Source of the DNA: Podarcis pityusensis
Lineage: Eukaryota
NCBI GenBank assembly: GCA_964106645.2
Contig: OZ067046.1
Reading direction: 5' to 3' (one strand)
DNA: 64,000 bases
Part shown: piece after piece, positions 1 to 12,406 of the stretch
How positions within the stretch are numbered: the first letter of the stretch is position 1
How the letters are laid out: each line of letters begins with the position of its first letter
The notes under the pieces: model-generated
What the model was told of the DNA's origin: nothing
The model's input: the letters and a program-made list of their open reading frames with translations, nothing else
Database searches by the model: none
Program-made: the position numbers and the translations under genes

Positions 1-628
1 GTTGGGGATTATTATTATTTGTATGAGGTGGAGGAAGTTGAGAGACAATCTGCAGGATGAGGAAGTCTCTATAGTCAGGTTACATACAGTCCACTCAGGA
101 GGCCCACCTCATGACAAACAGCAGGAATAACCACCTAGGTTCCTAAGCAGGTTGTACACGCTATGATTGGCAACAGGTAAAGGTGTCCTAGTGATCGAAT
201 AGGGTGCCAAAAGGGACTTGCTACTTTACTGTACCATGATAAGGAATCAGCCCTGCTGGGGTGACTGGTTGGCAAACCTGCACATGTATTTTTCCTTTCA
301 GGATGTCCTCCAGCCAGATGCTGTTCATTAAAAGCTTTGGCACATGCGTGGTTAGTTGCTTCCTCTGACCTCAGGTTGAGCAGCTTGATCAGGAACTTGA
401 TGGGTGCAGAGGAACTTGATGTGTACAGAGACACTGCCTCTTGTTCACTAAGTTTCTTTGGACACTGAGGGACTCACCCTTCTCCTTTCTCTAGAGTGTT
501 ATTCCCTGGATTCAAACCAGTGACATCTAACATGCAAAACAACCTGCTCCATAGCCTAAAGCACTTCCAGCAAATCCTATGCTCCTGGCCCCTGCGAGTG
601 TGCTTTGGGGGCAGGGGGTGGGCAAAGA

Positions 629-945
629 CAGTGGCGTAGCATGGGTTGTCAGCACCCGGGGCAAGGCAAGGCAAGCGCTCAGTGCTGCGCTGGGCGGCCG
701 CTGCACTGTCCCTCCCCCAGATAGTCCCTCGCTCTCTCTCCGCACCGCACCGCACCGCACGCCTGGCACCCCCCCCTCCACAGTGGGCGGCGACCCGGCG
801 GTTCAGATCAGATTCGCACAGCCAGCACTGCAGTGAGAGAGAGTGAGCCAGGTAGGGGCAGAGAGCTGCGAGTGCGAGTGCGCCCCCCCAGATGTTGTGC
901 CCGGTGCGGCCGGCCCCCCCCTGCACCCCCCACGCTACGCCACTG
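629..945. mobile_element. hAT-type non-autonomous DNA transposon (MITE), GC-rich
   Basis: Terminal inverted repeats cagtggcgtagc...gctacgccactg; perfect 8-bp TSD ggcaaaga (621-628 and 946-953). An 8-bp TSD is typical of hAT elements. Confidence 0.85.
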
Positions 946-956
946 GGCAAAGAGAT

Positions 957-1538
957 TGTCATGGACTGATTGGACACAGAGGAATGGTGGGAAGAGCCAG
1001 CTGGGGAACCACCAAGGGAAGAAGGCTCAGAGCCAGAAGACTGATGGTGGGATGACGATGAGTGGTCAGAAGAAGAAGATGACAGGGAGGAGGTGTCAGA
1101 AGCTGAAGAGGTAACAGTGCTTAGTAAGCTGGAGGAGTCTGTGGCAGAGACAAGTCCAGAATCGGAAGCAGAAGCTGAAGCAGGAGAGGTGGGAAGCCAA
1201 GAGACAGAGATGAGTCTGACTGGTGAAGAAGCGTGGGTGTCTCTTCTTCCTGCTCTTGGTCTCCCAGAGCCAGGAGAGGCATGAAGAGACTGAAGAAGAA
1301 ATTAGCTTCACACAGGCGCAGTCTCAGATTGCTTGGGAAAATCCCTGGAGAGGAGGGGACAAGCAGCTGTGGGGAGGCAGGGACCTTCAGTCTCAGCAAC
1401 TGCTTCATAGACGCAAGACCTGCTGGAGATGAATTGCTCTGCTCACTAGGCCTGACACTCCTGTGCAGATCCTGTTTTGCTAATGAAGAATTAACTCCAA
1501 CTTGCTCGCTGTGATTTACTGCTGGCTCGCTCCTGACA
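957..1538 (+). mobile_element. Solo LTR (Ty3/Gypsy-like retrotransposon)
   Basis: Ends are TGTCA...TGACA; 5-bp TSD gagat (952-956) / gagac (1539-1543); purine-rich interior; no internal coding domain. Confidence 0.7.
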
Positions 1539-4500
1539 GAGACATATGCCCCCCATGTGCTATCAGGGAGCAGTTCTGCTCTGTGATTCAGATCCTAGGA
1601 GTTCACTCTCTTTTGTCCTGATATGACTGCTTTCCCTACCAACCATCCAATGAGTAGGTTTATATTCCTCCCCTTCCCTCAAGTAGGGTTTGATTTCTGT
1701 CTTCTGCTTCTCAACCCCATGCACGGTGCATGAGTCACTTGTGGCAGCTGTCGACATGGGCCTGTGACTTCTCTTTTTGCACATCCTGGTGTGGCCCTTG
1801 ACTGCTTATCAAAGTAGTCTTACCCTCCCTCTGTGGATCTTGCACCCCTGTCTCAGGAGGGTTGTATGGACTTTCTGCAGATATCCTGCCCAGAAAGTTA
1901 CGTGGGTGCTGTGCTGGGTATTATTTTCTTCCTGCTCTTTCTTCACGTATTCAGAAGAATATATATGGGCTTGTAGATGGGGAGGCATGCACACGCTGCC
2001 TCCACCTCAAATGTCCCCACATCTGCAAGCCATACCTGCTCCATCCCCAACATGTCCATAATGGGTGGGAAGGTCTGAAGGGGGTTTATAAGCACGTTCA
2101 GGTGACTGCACTTAGAAGCCTCCCACAGTCCTGGATAAAGCTGGGATCTTGATTGGAGGGGGGCTTCTAAGCATGCTCAGTTGACTGAGCCTAGCCTTAG
2201 AAGCCCACTCATGTGTGGCTTAAAAATACAAATCAGGTAGCCAAAATGGAGCTTAATACTGTAAAGGTATTCAAAAAGAGCTAAAGGACACCATCCAGTC
2301 ATCCATTTCTTCATTAGAGACAAGGTATTCTATGGAAGGTGAGAGAAATGTTACAAGTTTGTGCTGGACTCCAATATAAGGTTCCTGAAAACCGAAAAAT
2401 GGTCCCCAAGGTGACCCTGAGACATTGCACATGTGCAGTAATATCCAGGGTCCTATGGCTGCTGAAGACTGCACAGACCAAATCAGGCTCCCTACACTGC
2501 CCCCAGAGGACTCTGTGATGCCTCCAAAATCCCATTTACTGGTAAATTTTTCCTTCAGTGGAATTCACTAGCAGCCTTCAAACTTTATACATTTGTAAGA
2601 GACAGGGTGGCCCAGTTAAATTTCCTCCTCATATCTAGGGCATTATTCACCTTTGTCTGGCTTTCATAGTCTGAGACTATTTTTGTGGCCTTGGTCTCCA
2701 CTTAGACTGGCAATGTCAACTTCACCTGTTGACTCTTTTTCTTACACTTTTCTGTAAGCCAGTGATGATGTTGATCATGAAGCATCAGTACAGGTGTAAT
2801 AGCTTCTCTGAAGGCCCCTCCCCATAGTCCCCACACCACATAGGAAGGTTTAAAAAACCGTTTTGCAAAACAGACAATCTGTCATCCTAAAGATATCAGG
2901 AATCTTGCATCTGCCTCCCCCTCTACCCCTTTCAGATATGGAGTGGCTGGCTAGTTGTAATGTTTAATTAATGCTCAATAAAATTTGTATGACTTTATTT
3001 TTATAACTGATTCCTATCATTACTTAGCAGATTTTGGTCAAAGATCCTCTGAACACAACAAACATGTAAAACAGTCTAGATCTGCTTCTAAACTTATTAG
3101 AGGACTGACGCTGCCTTTGTTTTTAATCACCAACCAACCAAGTCTCATGCTGCACATCTGCTGAAATCATTACCTATACAGAACAGATTTACTGCAGTTC
3201 CCAAATAAATACCTAACTTCTCTCCTACTTTCTCATCTTCCATCATCAGGTAATTTTCCTGAAGAAGAATGGTCCATAATTCTGGATCCATAGGGACACA
3301 TACAGGTATTATGAAGCTAGAATTGCACAAATGATATAAAACTTAAAATATCAAATCTTGCCCTTTCTGAAAGAATGGATTTGCACATTATATTTTGACT
3401 CTACTACAGAGAGAAATAGATATACACTTCAAGAGATATACCTCCTTTCAAGTGCATCAGATACACAGAAATTCCGTGGTTATTAAAGTATTTTGCTGCA
3501 ATTACTGACCACCCTCTCCTTCTTAGGAAGACAGCTTCTTAAGAGTGCAGAATGGTCAGTTGCAACAGTATGACATTCTTCGAAAAGGCTATGACGTGGT
3601 ACGTACATTATCATGGGCAAATAGCAAAGTTTAAGGCACATGTCAAGTTGTAAAACCATTTGTTTTCATGGGAAAACCATAACAAGTAATCTGCTTGAAA
3701 AGCCTTCACAAAACTCTACAAATTTTGACATTTCCAGTTTCTAAGATAAGAACATCTGAACAAAGACATTTTGTTTCTGGCTTTGGTTGTTTTGGAAATC
3801 ACATCATTGATTTGGATGACACAGTAGCTAATCTACTGCCCATAACATACGTAAACGTTCCTCATAAGGTTGCATATGCCATCTTGAAATTATGTACCTG
3901 GTAACTATTTTGCAGAAAACAAGATTTCTGTATTTTAATCATCTGTTACCTACTTGGATGCTAAGTATCCTTCTACCTGGTCCTAAACATATTTTTTGTA
4001 ACTGAGGCTGCAATCCTTTACCAATTTACCTAGGAGTAAGCCCTGTCAAACTCGGTGGTGTTGACTTCTGAGTAGACATGAATAGTATTTCACTGTAAAT
4101 TCCATTGATTTTGGTCGTTTTCTTTTCAAGTCAATGTGTCAAGGACTATAATATAAGATGCTTCCTTCATATACCAATGCATTTTGTTTATCTTTTGATA
4201 GCAGGCAACAGTGAACCTGCTCTAAAATTATTCAATACCATTTTCCAGGAGGAAAAGAATGGTTTCATATTAATAGAATTACTTTACACTATCAGCATTG
4301 TCCAATTTTTCATATTTTTTTTTAATCAAGCTACCAAAACAAAATTAAAAAAAAAACCCAAAACAAACCCGTTCTGGAAACTTAGATGATCCACAGCAAG
4401 AGGAAAGCACCATCAAAAATCTCTTTGTTGAATCTAATGAAATTTCCTGGTTTTAGTTAGCAAATGTTTTGAAACAACCAGGATTATTGTTTCCAAACCA

Positions 4501-5639
4501 ATCCTATTTCACAAAAGCAGAAATCCTGGGACTTTGATTCTTCGTGGATTTGCACATACACAGTTGTATTCAGTGTTTTAGTGAACAGGAACAAATTATT
4601 CTTAGCAATTCTGAATGTATAAACTCTAGACTCATTTACTCTACCATTTTATATAGGTTGAGGTTAACATTAATTGATACCTTCACTGATTTTGACATTT
4701 TGACCCACCCTTGCGAATGCTTTGACGTGTGTTGGTTCATCTTTCCCCACATCCCCCCAAATACTCAAAAGTTTGGGGCTAAGTCATCATCTGAATACTC
4801 ATTAAGTTGTAAGACTAGTTCAACCCTTCAAAATCCACTGAAAATGGCTGCATTGTTTTTAACACAAACATAATAAAATCAGAGTTAACTTAGGAAATGT
4901 AAATCTGCAATGGCCTACTTCCTTAAAAAAGAAAAGCCAAAACTCATTGCGGAGCAAAATGAAATGATAAACATTCCAAATCACTTAATAATTTACACAT
5001 ATATTTAAAATTCATTATGTTCTGACAGGTGCTCCTTACAGATGACTCCCCTCTTCATCTTCCTTCAGCAAAATGTTTGCTCGGTGACATTACCAGCATG
5101 TGAAATTAGCTGCTTAGTTTAATGACTGTTGTGACCTAAACCTAAAGTAACATATCCTTGTACTAACTGTTACTCATTCAAGAGGGGCCTTCATGGTTAT
5201 TTGAACATCTCTATTGAAACAATGTGCAACAGATGTTAGACGTTGGATAAAGAAAGAGTGGTGGGATCTATTGACCCATTGCAGCCCCTCCACCATAAGA
5301 GTATAAGCCTCTATGCATCACTCAGCTACAGGCATGTGACTGTGCACACAATATTCCCTGCTCCCCCCTCAAAAAAAGAGGAAGACCTGGCACACACAAA
5401 ACACTCATGTGTTTTTGTCCCACTTCCTTCCTAATGCCCCTTGAAATCAAGATACTTGCTTGCTGTGCTACTGCAGTGCAGAAGGAAAACCCACAGTGAC
5501 CCACCCAAGGGTTCCATCCCTGCAGGGTTCTATGCAGTAATGCTGCCCAATTGTGTGCCATCCTATCCCCTTTCTGGGGTGCTCAGTAAGTGGAGAGGAT
5601 CAGCAGCCTGGACCTATACAACTTTATATTTGAGGCCTC

Positions 5640-5750
5640 CTGTGGTGCAATGTGTCAGTGCGTCTGGCTCATAACCCATCCAGGATTATTGCATTGCAGG
5701 GAATTGGACTAGATGACTCTCAGGGTCCTTTCCACTTCTACAATTCTATT
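5640..5750 (+). mobile_element. Degraded SINE/CR1 3' tail (Squam2-like)
   Basis: gcattgcaggggaattggactagatgactctcagggtcctttccacttctacaattcta matches the CR1-type 3' tail also seen at 42410-42484, 55580-55652 and 61762-61828. Boundaries approximate. Confidence 0.6.
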
Positions 5751-6950
5751 TCCGTTCCCCTCTGATTCCCCATAACTTCATTCACCCCATCTTAGTGGAG
5801 CCTTCTTGTCTGTATAATTTTTGGCCCATTTTGAGGAAGGAGAGAAGCGGGAAGTGGGTTGTAGCAAAGTCATTGGGGTACTTCATGGATAAAGAAAAAG
5901 GCTGTACTGAGGTAAGCTGGGCAGGGTTGAGTGCAAGGCAACAAGATGTTTATGGAAATCAGGTGGGTGCTACAAGGACAGGTGCGGGAAGGACAGTGCA
6001 CTGCCCAAAGAAGCAGAACAGCTATAGCAGAAATCCATTTATTTCAGAGGAGAAACTGAGAAGCAATATAGATCTGGCTCAAGGATAGATTTGATTTGGG
6101 CAGCTCAAGATGCCAGCCTTTATTCAATTAAGTTTAGTCAAATCTGAAAGAGTTGTTTACTATGGAAAGGCCTGAAGACAGATTTGTTCTTCTCTCTTCG
6201 GAAGAAGTGATATGCCTAATATAATCTAGCAGGTTTCCCCTTCAATTTACAGACCTTTTGCAACAGTATATTGTGGGTGAGAGAGCAAGCCTCTGAAATC
6301 CTCCTGGAAATGTTTTAGCTATTAATGGCTGGGCTGAGAGTACATTCTCTGTGTACTCTTTGGTAGTTAAGAAAATTTATAAATTATCTGAGAAAATAGT
6401 TTGTCACTTGTAAAACGGATTAGAAATTTTAATCTGTATACAAATAAATAATCAATCAATCAATCAACAGACAGGCAGAACAAGGGCACCTTAATTGGTT
6501 TTGGTTATCCTAACTCTCTAATAAATGACTGTTGTTGGATGTTGTTTCTTTTTTAAAGAAATAGTTTGTCACAAGACGCCAAGTCTCTGGAAACCCAAGT
6601 TCACCTGAAAACAGGCATACCATCACATTCTGTGGGAAAGGCATCTATAAGCAAATCTACTCTGTTGCTAGTAGTAGCCCCTCAGCCCTCCCCATGGGGG
6701 TTGGGGAGATTCAAAGTAGCTTCTGGCACAGAGATGTGGGAACCTGTGGCGCTCCAGACATTGTTGGGCTACAATTCCCCTCTTCCCTGACCGCTGTTCC
6801 TGCTGGTGGAGAATGCTGGGGGCTGGAGCACAGCAACATCTGGAAGGCCACGTTCCTTCCCAGCCCCTCAGGGAATCGCTCAGCAGGGAAGAGAAACGTC
6901 ACCTCAGTGTAAAACCACAATTCAGCAAGGTTTACAACGGATTAGAAACA

Positions 6951-6956
6951 TTTATT
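6951..6956 (-). promoter_or_regulatory. Probable polyadenylation signal of ADRA2C
   Basis: AATAAA on the minus strand about 230 nt after the ADRA2C stop, followed by a GU/U-rich element (ttgtggtttt, plus-strand 6911-6920). Confidence 0.55.
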
Positions 6957-7184
6957 TAGAAAAAGAAAAGTTAATATTCTCCTTTAGCAGGATTTGGGCA
7001 AATATATAAATCATTTCAGGTATAAAAGACTGTCAGTGCCTGACGGCAAGCGCAGGCTCGCTCCTTTCCCCCCTCTTCTCCTCCTCCAGTAAAGCCAGGC
7101 TCCGTCTCGGGGCAAATCCAGCCCTGAAGACAAACCCAAGTTCTTTGTGCCGAGGCCAGGGGAGCCCTTTCCTGCCCCCCGGAG

Positions 7185-8534
7185 TCAGTGCAAGAAGGGC
7201 AGCTTCCTCTCCCTCCTCCTCCTCCTCGTCCTCCCGAAGAGAATGTGCTTGAAGGACCTGCGGAAGTCCTGGTTGAAGATGGTGTAGATGACGGGGTTGA
7301 GGGAGCTGTTGCAGTAGCCGATCCAGAAGAAGAACTTGAAGAGCGCCTCGGGGACCTCGCAGGCCTGGCGGCAGATGCCGTACAGGCTGTAGCTGAAGAA
7401 GAAGGGCGACCAGCACACCACGAAGACGCCCATCACCACCGCCAGCACGAAGGTGAAGCGCTTCTCGCGCGCCTGGCTGGCCGCCGCCTTGGGGCCCACG
7501 CTGCCCGCGCGGTGCCGCCGCCGGTGCGACGAGAAGAACTCCAGCGAGCGGCTGCTGGAGCGCGACAGGCGCCCGCTCGACGCCGCCTTGCACGACGCCG
7601 ACGCCAAGGGCCGCTTGGCCCGCGCCCCGTCCCGGCTCCGCCGCCGCCGCCGCCGGCTCTCCAGGGTGCTGCTCTCGTCCAGCTCCACGTCCTGCAGCTC
7701 CGCCGCCGCCGCCTCCTCCTCCCAGCGCGCGCCGGGCCACGGGCCCCTCTCCCGGGGCGGAGAGCGCAGCGACATGAAGCCCCGGCCGCCGACGGCGCGG
7801 GGCGCGCCGTTCTCGGCCTGGGGCGCGCCGTCGGGCCCGGGCCGCTTCTCGGAGAGCGTCCTGGTGCGGAGCTTGGCCACGCGGTAGATGCGCACGTAGA
7901 CCAGCACCATGATGAGGCAGGGCGCGAAGAAGGAGCCGATGCAGGAGGAGAGGATGTACCAGGTCTCGTCGTTGAGCTGGCACGTGGCGGGCGCCTCGCC
8001 GGGGGGCTGCCAGTACTTGGAGACCAGCGGCGGCGAGGAGATGAGCGCCGAGAGGAGCCAGACCAGCAGGATGATGCCCTTGATGCGCCGCGGGGTCCGC
8101 TTCTGGTTGTACTCCACCGCCTGCGTGACCGACCAGTACCTGTCCAGGCTGATGGCGCACAGGTGCACGATGGAGGAGGTGCAGAAGAGGACGTCCAGCG
8201 CCAGGTAGATGTTGCACCAGGCCTTGCCGAAGTGCCAGGCGCCCATCAGCTCGTTGGCCAGCGAGAAGGGCATCACCAGGGCGGCCACCAAGATGTCGGC
8301 GCTGGCCAGCGAGACCAGGAAGAGGTTCTGCGGGGCGCGCAGGGCGCGGCTGGTCAGCACCGCGATCACCACCAGCACGTTGCCCACGATGGTGAAGACG
8401 ATGAGGAAGCCCACCACGGCGGCCAGGACGGCCACGGCGCCCGGGGAGTAGGCGGCGGCGGCGGCGGGGGGCGAGAGCGGAGCCCCCAGGGACCCGTTGA
8501 GGGGGGTCGCGCTGCTGTTGGGGGGAGCCTCCAT
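7185..8534 (-). CDS. ADRA2C: Alpha-2C adrenergic receptor (intronless class A GPCR, 449 aa)
   Basis: Seven TM segments with [18 protein letters not shown] (D3.32), DRY, CWxP and NPVIY. Subtype-diagnostic strings [51 protein letters not shown] and FKHILF followed by poly-Arg with no palmitoylation Cys. Lies next to DOK7 as in other vertebrates. Confidence 0.97.
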   Translation of the reverse strand: MEAPPNSSATPLNGSLGAPLSPPAAAAAYSPGAVAVLAAVVGFLIVFTIVGNVLVVIAVLTSRALRAPQNLFLVSLASADILVAALVMPFSLANELMGAWHFGKAWCNIYLALDVLFCTSSIVHLCAISLDRYWSVTQAVEYNQKRTPRRIKGIILLVWLLSALISSPPLVSKYWQPPGEAPATCQLNDETWYILSSCIGSFFAPCLIMVLVYVRIYRVAKLRTRTLSEKRPGPDGAPQAENGAPRAVGGRGFMSLRSPPRERGPWPGARWEEEAAAAELQDVELDESSTLESRRRRRRSRDGARAKRPLASASCKAASSGRLSRSSSRSLEFFSSHRRRHRAGSVGPKAAASQAREKRFTFVLAVVMGVFVVCWSPFFFSYSLYGICRQACEVPEALFKFFFWIGYCNSSLNPVIYTIFNQDFRRSFKHILFGRTRRRRRERKLPFLH

Positions 8535-8558
8535 GGCCCGGGCCAGGCGGGCGCGGCA

Positions 8559-8576
8559 CTAGGGAGACGCCGCCAT
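8559..8576 (-). promoter_or_regulatory. Short uORF MAASP* in frame with ADRA2C
   Basis: ATG GCG GCG TCT CCC TAG begins 42 nt upstream of the main ATG at 8534. Confidence 0.6.
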
Positions 8577-8686
8577 CCCCCGCTGGCTCCTCCGCTGAGC
8601 CCGGCCGGCGCGCGCTCCCCCCGCCGGCCCCGCCATCCCGGGGAGAAGGGGGCGCCCCCCGGACCCCTTCCCGGAGCAGCGGCGCT

Positions 8687-8712
8687 TGCCTGCCTGCCTG
8701 CCTGCCTGCCTG
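8687..8712. repeat. (TGCC)n microsatellite in the ADRA2C 5' region
   Basis: Tandem tgcc units. Confidence 0.85.
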
Positions 8713-9968
8713 CGCGCCCCGGCAGGCGGGGACTCCCTCGTCCTCTGCTCCTCGCTCCTCCGGGCGCCCGGCGCTCCTGGGGCGGGAGAGGCGGCGTGGC
8801 GCGGGCTGCTGGCCGGGCCCCGGGAGCCGCGCTCCTCCCGCCGACCGGCGCCTCTCACCCGGGCGCCCCGCGCACTGCCGGCTGCTGCGGACGGCGCCCG
8901 ACGCTGCCTCGAGCATGCCCAGTAGCGGCGGCGGCGGCGGCCAGGCACGCTCCCTCACGTGCGCCAGACGGGAGGGGCGGCCAGGGAGCCCGACAGCGCC
9001 CGCCGCGCCCTCCGTCGCAGGGGGCTCCCCGGAGCGCGCTCCTGGCCCGCGCGGGGCGGGCGAGTGGGCGGGAGAAGGGCAGCCTCGCCGTAGGGATGGG
9101 GGAGGCTCCCCGGAGGAAAGCAGGGGCCGCCTTCCCCCGAAGAGAACGGGGACCAGCAGGTGGCGGAGGAGACCCCGAGAAAAACCCTGCGTCCCCCCCC
9201 CACGAGCGCCAGTCCCCCCCCCCCCGGCTGACTTGTAAGGGCTTCGCTTTCTCATCCAGCTGACCGAGTGGGGGGGGGGGAGAGAAAAACGCGACGGCAG
9301 CACCGAGAAGCTACCCAGCTCGAAACCAGAAGGGAGGCCCCGCCAGTTAGCTGCTGCCCCGCCCGGCCTGTTTCCGCTGGTGCTGCGGAGAGCAACGAGG
9401 TCCCCGGGCAACCGAGCAGGGAAGTTGGCCTGGGATGTTGTGTGGCTTGGATGCTCTCCAGGCAACTTTCGAGGGTGCGCAGATGGACCTGTTCTGAATG
9501 CTTCCTAGAGAGCAGCGCAAGGGACAGGCCTCCCACGGGCTGGAAAGGGCTCCCCAGCTCCTTCCTTAGCAAAGCTGGGGAGGCGGCAGGGTTGGTGGAT
9601 GCAGAAGGTGAAGGATTTACCGTATGTGAATCAGGGGTGAAACTAGGCTTCGAGGAAGCTGCTGATTCAGCTGGTTACAGCCTTGATAATGAAGCAGTCC
9701 AGGATGTCTTGGTGCAGCCTGGATTTCCCTGGTATTTCCCCCTTTTATCCCACTTAAAATCAATAACAGCGCACCAACAGTCTTCTAAGAAGAAAATAGT
9801 TTACTCGCAGTTCACATTCAGTAGCAATCTGGAGGCAGGCTTATGTTGCAGTTATAGGTACATTTTGTGTGTGTGTGTTTGTGTGTGAACAATGGAATCT
9901 GAGTCGGACCTCAGACTTGAGAACTAGCCACATCTCTGTAGAGATTGCAGTGACAAGATGGACTAGAG

Positions 9969-10106
9969 CAGGCACAGGCAAACTCAGCCCTCCAGATGTT
10001 TTGGGGTACTACAATTCCCATCATCCCTGACCACTGGTCCTGTTAGCTAGGGATCATGGGAGTTGTAGTCCCAAAACATCTGGAGGGCCGAGTTTGCCTA
10101 TGCCTG
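9969..10106. mobile_element. Palindromic hAT-like MITE
   Basis: Near-perfect fold-back caggcacaggcaaactcagccctccagatgttttggg...cccaaaacatctggagggccgagtttgcctatgcctg. Degraded relatives at about 6733-6866 and 47691-47820. Confidence 0.75.
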
Positions 10107-11069
10107 GAGTAAGAGAGCCAAGAGAGAAAGATGGCGGCATGACCAGCCCTTTTATATACCGTAAGTTACGCCCATCTCTTGCTGGCTGCACCCAGGGGGG
10201 AATGGCTCCCGCAGGTTTAACAGGAAGTTCTCCCTGTTGGATCCACATTCTGCTGAGTGCCCATTCTAGCAAACAGGAAATGTTGAACTTGACTGCTCTT
10301 TCTGGATATCCCACAAGTGAAAGGGTAGCAAATGGCAGTAGGCTGTGAGCAGGATCAGGGGAAGGGGACTGTTTGAGGCAAACTGTGCCCACCTTGGTTC
10401 TGTTCTCTGGAATTTCAGATTTGAGCAGCTGCCTTTGGATCTTTGCCCCTCAACCCCACATCATTGTTAACAAGCAGTGTGATCAAAATACTGCAAGTTG
10501 AATATAGATTGAACATAGATTGGGGAGCCCACTTGTGTTCCAGAACAGGTAAAAAATTCTGCATGCAAGACATGTCCCACTTTGTCAGTTTCAATTCTCC
10601 TTCCATGGAACAGCCAGTTGGAGTTCTTGCAAGGCTAGATGAGATAATGGATTTGTAATGCGGTTCTCACACTGCATAAATAACCTGTGGGAATTAATAA
10701 TCAAAGCTCTAGTGAGACAGTGTTCTCCCACCACCACTGTATTTGCTTAGGGAGGTTTTGTGGGACTTTGTTGAATCTTGAAGAACCTGGGAAGTAAATC
10801 CCCAGAGTTCCAGAGGGCATCATGCGCTGTGCGACTGGCAGACATTCTTACAGCCTGTTTGTTCCAGTTCAGATCAAAATTCCACTGACTTCTTTAAGGT
10901 GCTTTTAGACTGAATTTGTTTCAATGCAGCACATAGCTTAATCCATTTCCTTAGGGCACTGAGTGACACAGAAAATTAATCAGGGATATGATTACCTGCT
11001 TTAAAATCCATTTTAACTCATGAGATGAATCTGGGGGCTTCATTTTGTTCTCAACTCTTAAATAAGTTT

Positions 11070-11116
11070 GAAGAAGAAGAAGAAGAAGAAGAAGAAGAAG
11101 AAGAAGAAGAAGAAGA
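11070..11116. repeat. (GAA)n microsatellite
   Basis: About 15 perfect gaa units. Confidence 0.95.
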
Positions 11117-11689
11117 GCTTTTGAGTCATTGAAACCCCTTTCATATGCCGAGAGGATGTGAATTAGTAACCTGGAGACAGTAACCTGGATCCCAACATTT
11201 GCAGATGCAGAAGGAGATGCAGTACTCACAAATGCTTACACTGAGCTGCACATAGAGAGAGGCTTTCCAGTTCACACCAATGGGGGTAGCTTTGTTACAT
11301 CTCCAAGGCAGCATGCATCTTTCCTCAAAACTGAAGGTAACAGGAAACTTGTTCACTCTAGAGCTCCACAGAAGTAGCACTACCAGGCAGAGTCTACCTT
11401 TTATTCTGCTATCTATCCGAAAGCAGGCTTCACCTTTGTGGAAAGCTTCACTGCACAGTAGCAGTCAGCAGAAGTCAGCAGAAAGCATTTCAGGAAAACT
11501 GGTTTGTGAGCAGCCAGGGTCTGGTGCTCATCCATCATGTCTCTATGAGCAAGATTCAGTTGCCTTCCCTTTCTTCAGAGGAACTTGGGGGGAGCTTTTC
11601 CCTGAGAAATGTGAGGGCATTTGGAGGAGGAGGCCTGGAGTGCTGCCTCATGCTGTACATAGGACCAAGAGACATGGGGGGGGGGGGCT

Positions 11690-12170
11690 GAGGGATTTGG
11701 GGCAGTGACCTGCAACACCTGTGTCATGTTTATCTTCCTGGGAATGTGCAAAATTACACCTGCAGCAAGTGCAAGTTGTTTGCCTTGCTGGACCTTGAGG
11801 CCTGCCTAGCCTCACTTTGAAGCAAAATGAGGAATTTCTTGCAAGGATGGAGTGGACTGTCCTGGAACAGCAATGCAGATAGGCTGCCCCCCCCCCAAGA
11901 GGAAGAAGATTGCCCATTGCAGGAGATGAACCCCTGGAGAATCGTAACACACACAATTAGGACTGTCAGGAGCTGCAAACATGATTCCCTCACCTCAGAC
12001 ACCAATTCTGGGCCAGAGGAGCAAGGACAGCAGTTGCAGACCTCAGAATACACCGAGGAGGCTGTGGAAAGTACAGTGTACAGAATGGTGCCTGCCACTC
12101 TCCAGAGGAAAAAGCGACACATGGCGGTGGCAGGTGGTTCACTACTGAGCAGGATGGATAGCACTGGATA
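11690..12170 (+). mobile_element. Degenerate CR1 LINE ORF1 fragment
   Basis: Frame-shifted translation gives AVTCNTCVMF...NYTCSKCKLFALL (CR1 ORF1 zinc finger), PWRIVT, and KKRHMAVAGGSLL (cf. the RRVVVVGDSLL start of the CR1 SGNH esterase). Confidence 0.7.
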
Positions 12171-12173
12171 GCA

Positions 12174-12406
12174 CAGTGGTACCTCGGGTTAAGAACTTAA
12201 TTCATTCTGGAGGTCCATTCTTAACCTGAAACTGTTCTTAACCTGAGGTACCACTTAGCTAATGGGGCCTCCCCATTTCTGTTCTCGTCCTGAAGAAAAG
12301 TTCTTAACTCAAGGTACTATTTCTGGTTTAGCGGAGTCTGTAACCTGAAGCGTTTGTAACCTGAAGCGTCTGTAACCTGAAGCGTCTGTAGCCCGAGGTA
12401 CCACTG
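12174..12406. mobile_element. Tigger/pogo-like (Tc1/mariner) MITE, family A
   Basis: TIRs cagtggtacctcggg...cccgaggtaccactg; internal gtaacctgaagcgtct repeats; five copies in the window. Confidence 0.85.

Larger units (their letters stand above)
7030..9450. promoter_or_regulatory. CpG island covering the ADRA2C CDS, 5' UTR and promoter
   Basis: Very high GC and CpG density against AT-rich flanks; GC boxes (ggggcgg) around 8970-9070. Boundaries approximate. Confidence 0.85.

Noticed and set aside
1093-1284. Glu-rich ORF
   Set aside because: Lies inside the solo LTR; purine-rich composition artefact.
135-2820. Coding-looking minus-strand ORF pieces flanking the MITE and LTR
   Set aside because: Multiple stops and no recognisable protein family; probably a decayed transposon, but I cannot support a call.
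6046-6088. EEKLRSNIDLAQG resembling LRPAP1 KEKLRSINQG
   Set aside because: Only about 5 residues match, the flanks do not, and it is on the wrong side of ADRA2C.
7033-9465. 810-aa minus and 691-aa plus ORFs overlapping ADRA2C
   Set aside because: Shadow ORFs caused by near-total GC at third codon positions and the CpG island; low-complexity R/G/P/A sequence with no recognisable domain.
12335-12395. Regularly spaced 16-bp direct repeats (gtaacctgaagcgtct), superficially CRISPR-like
   Set aside because: No unique spacers; these are internal sub-terminal repeats of a MITE present five times in a vertebrate genome.
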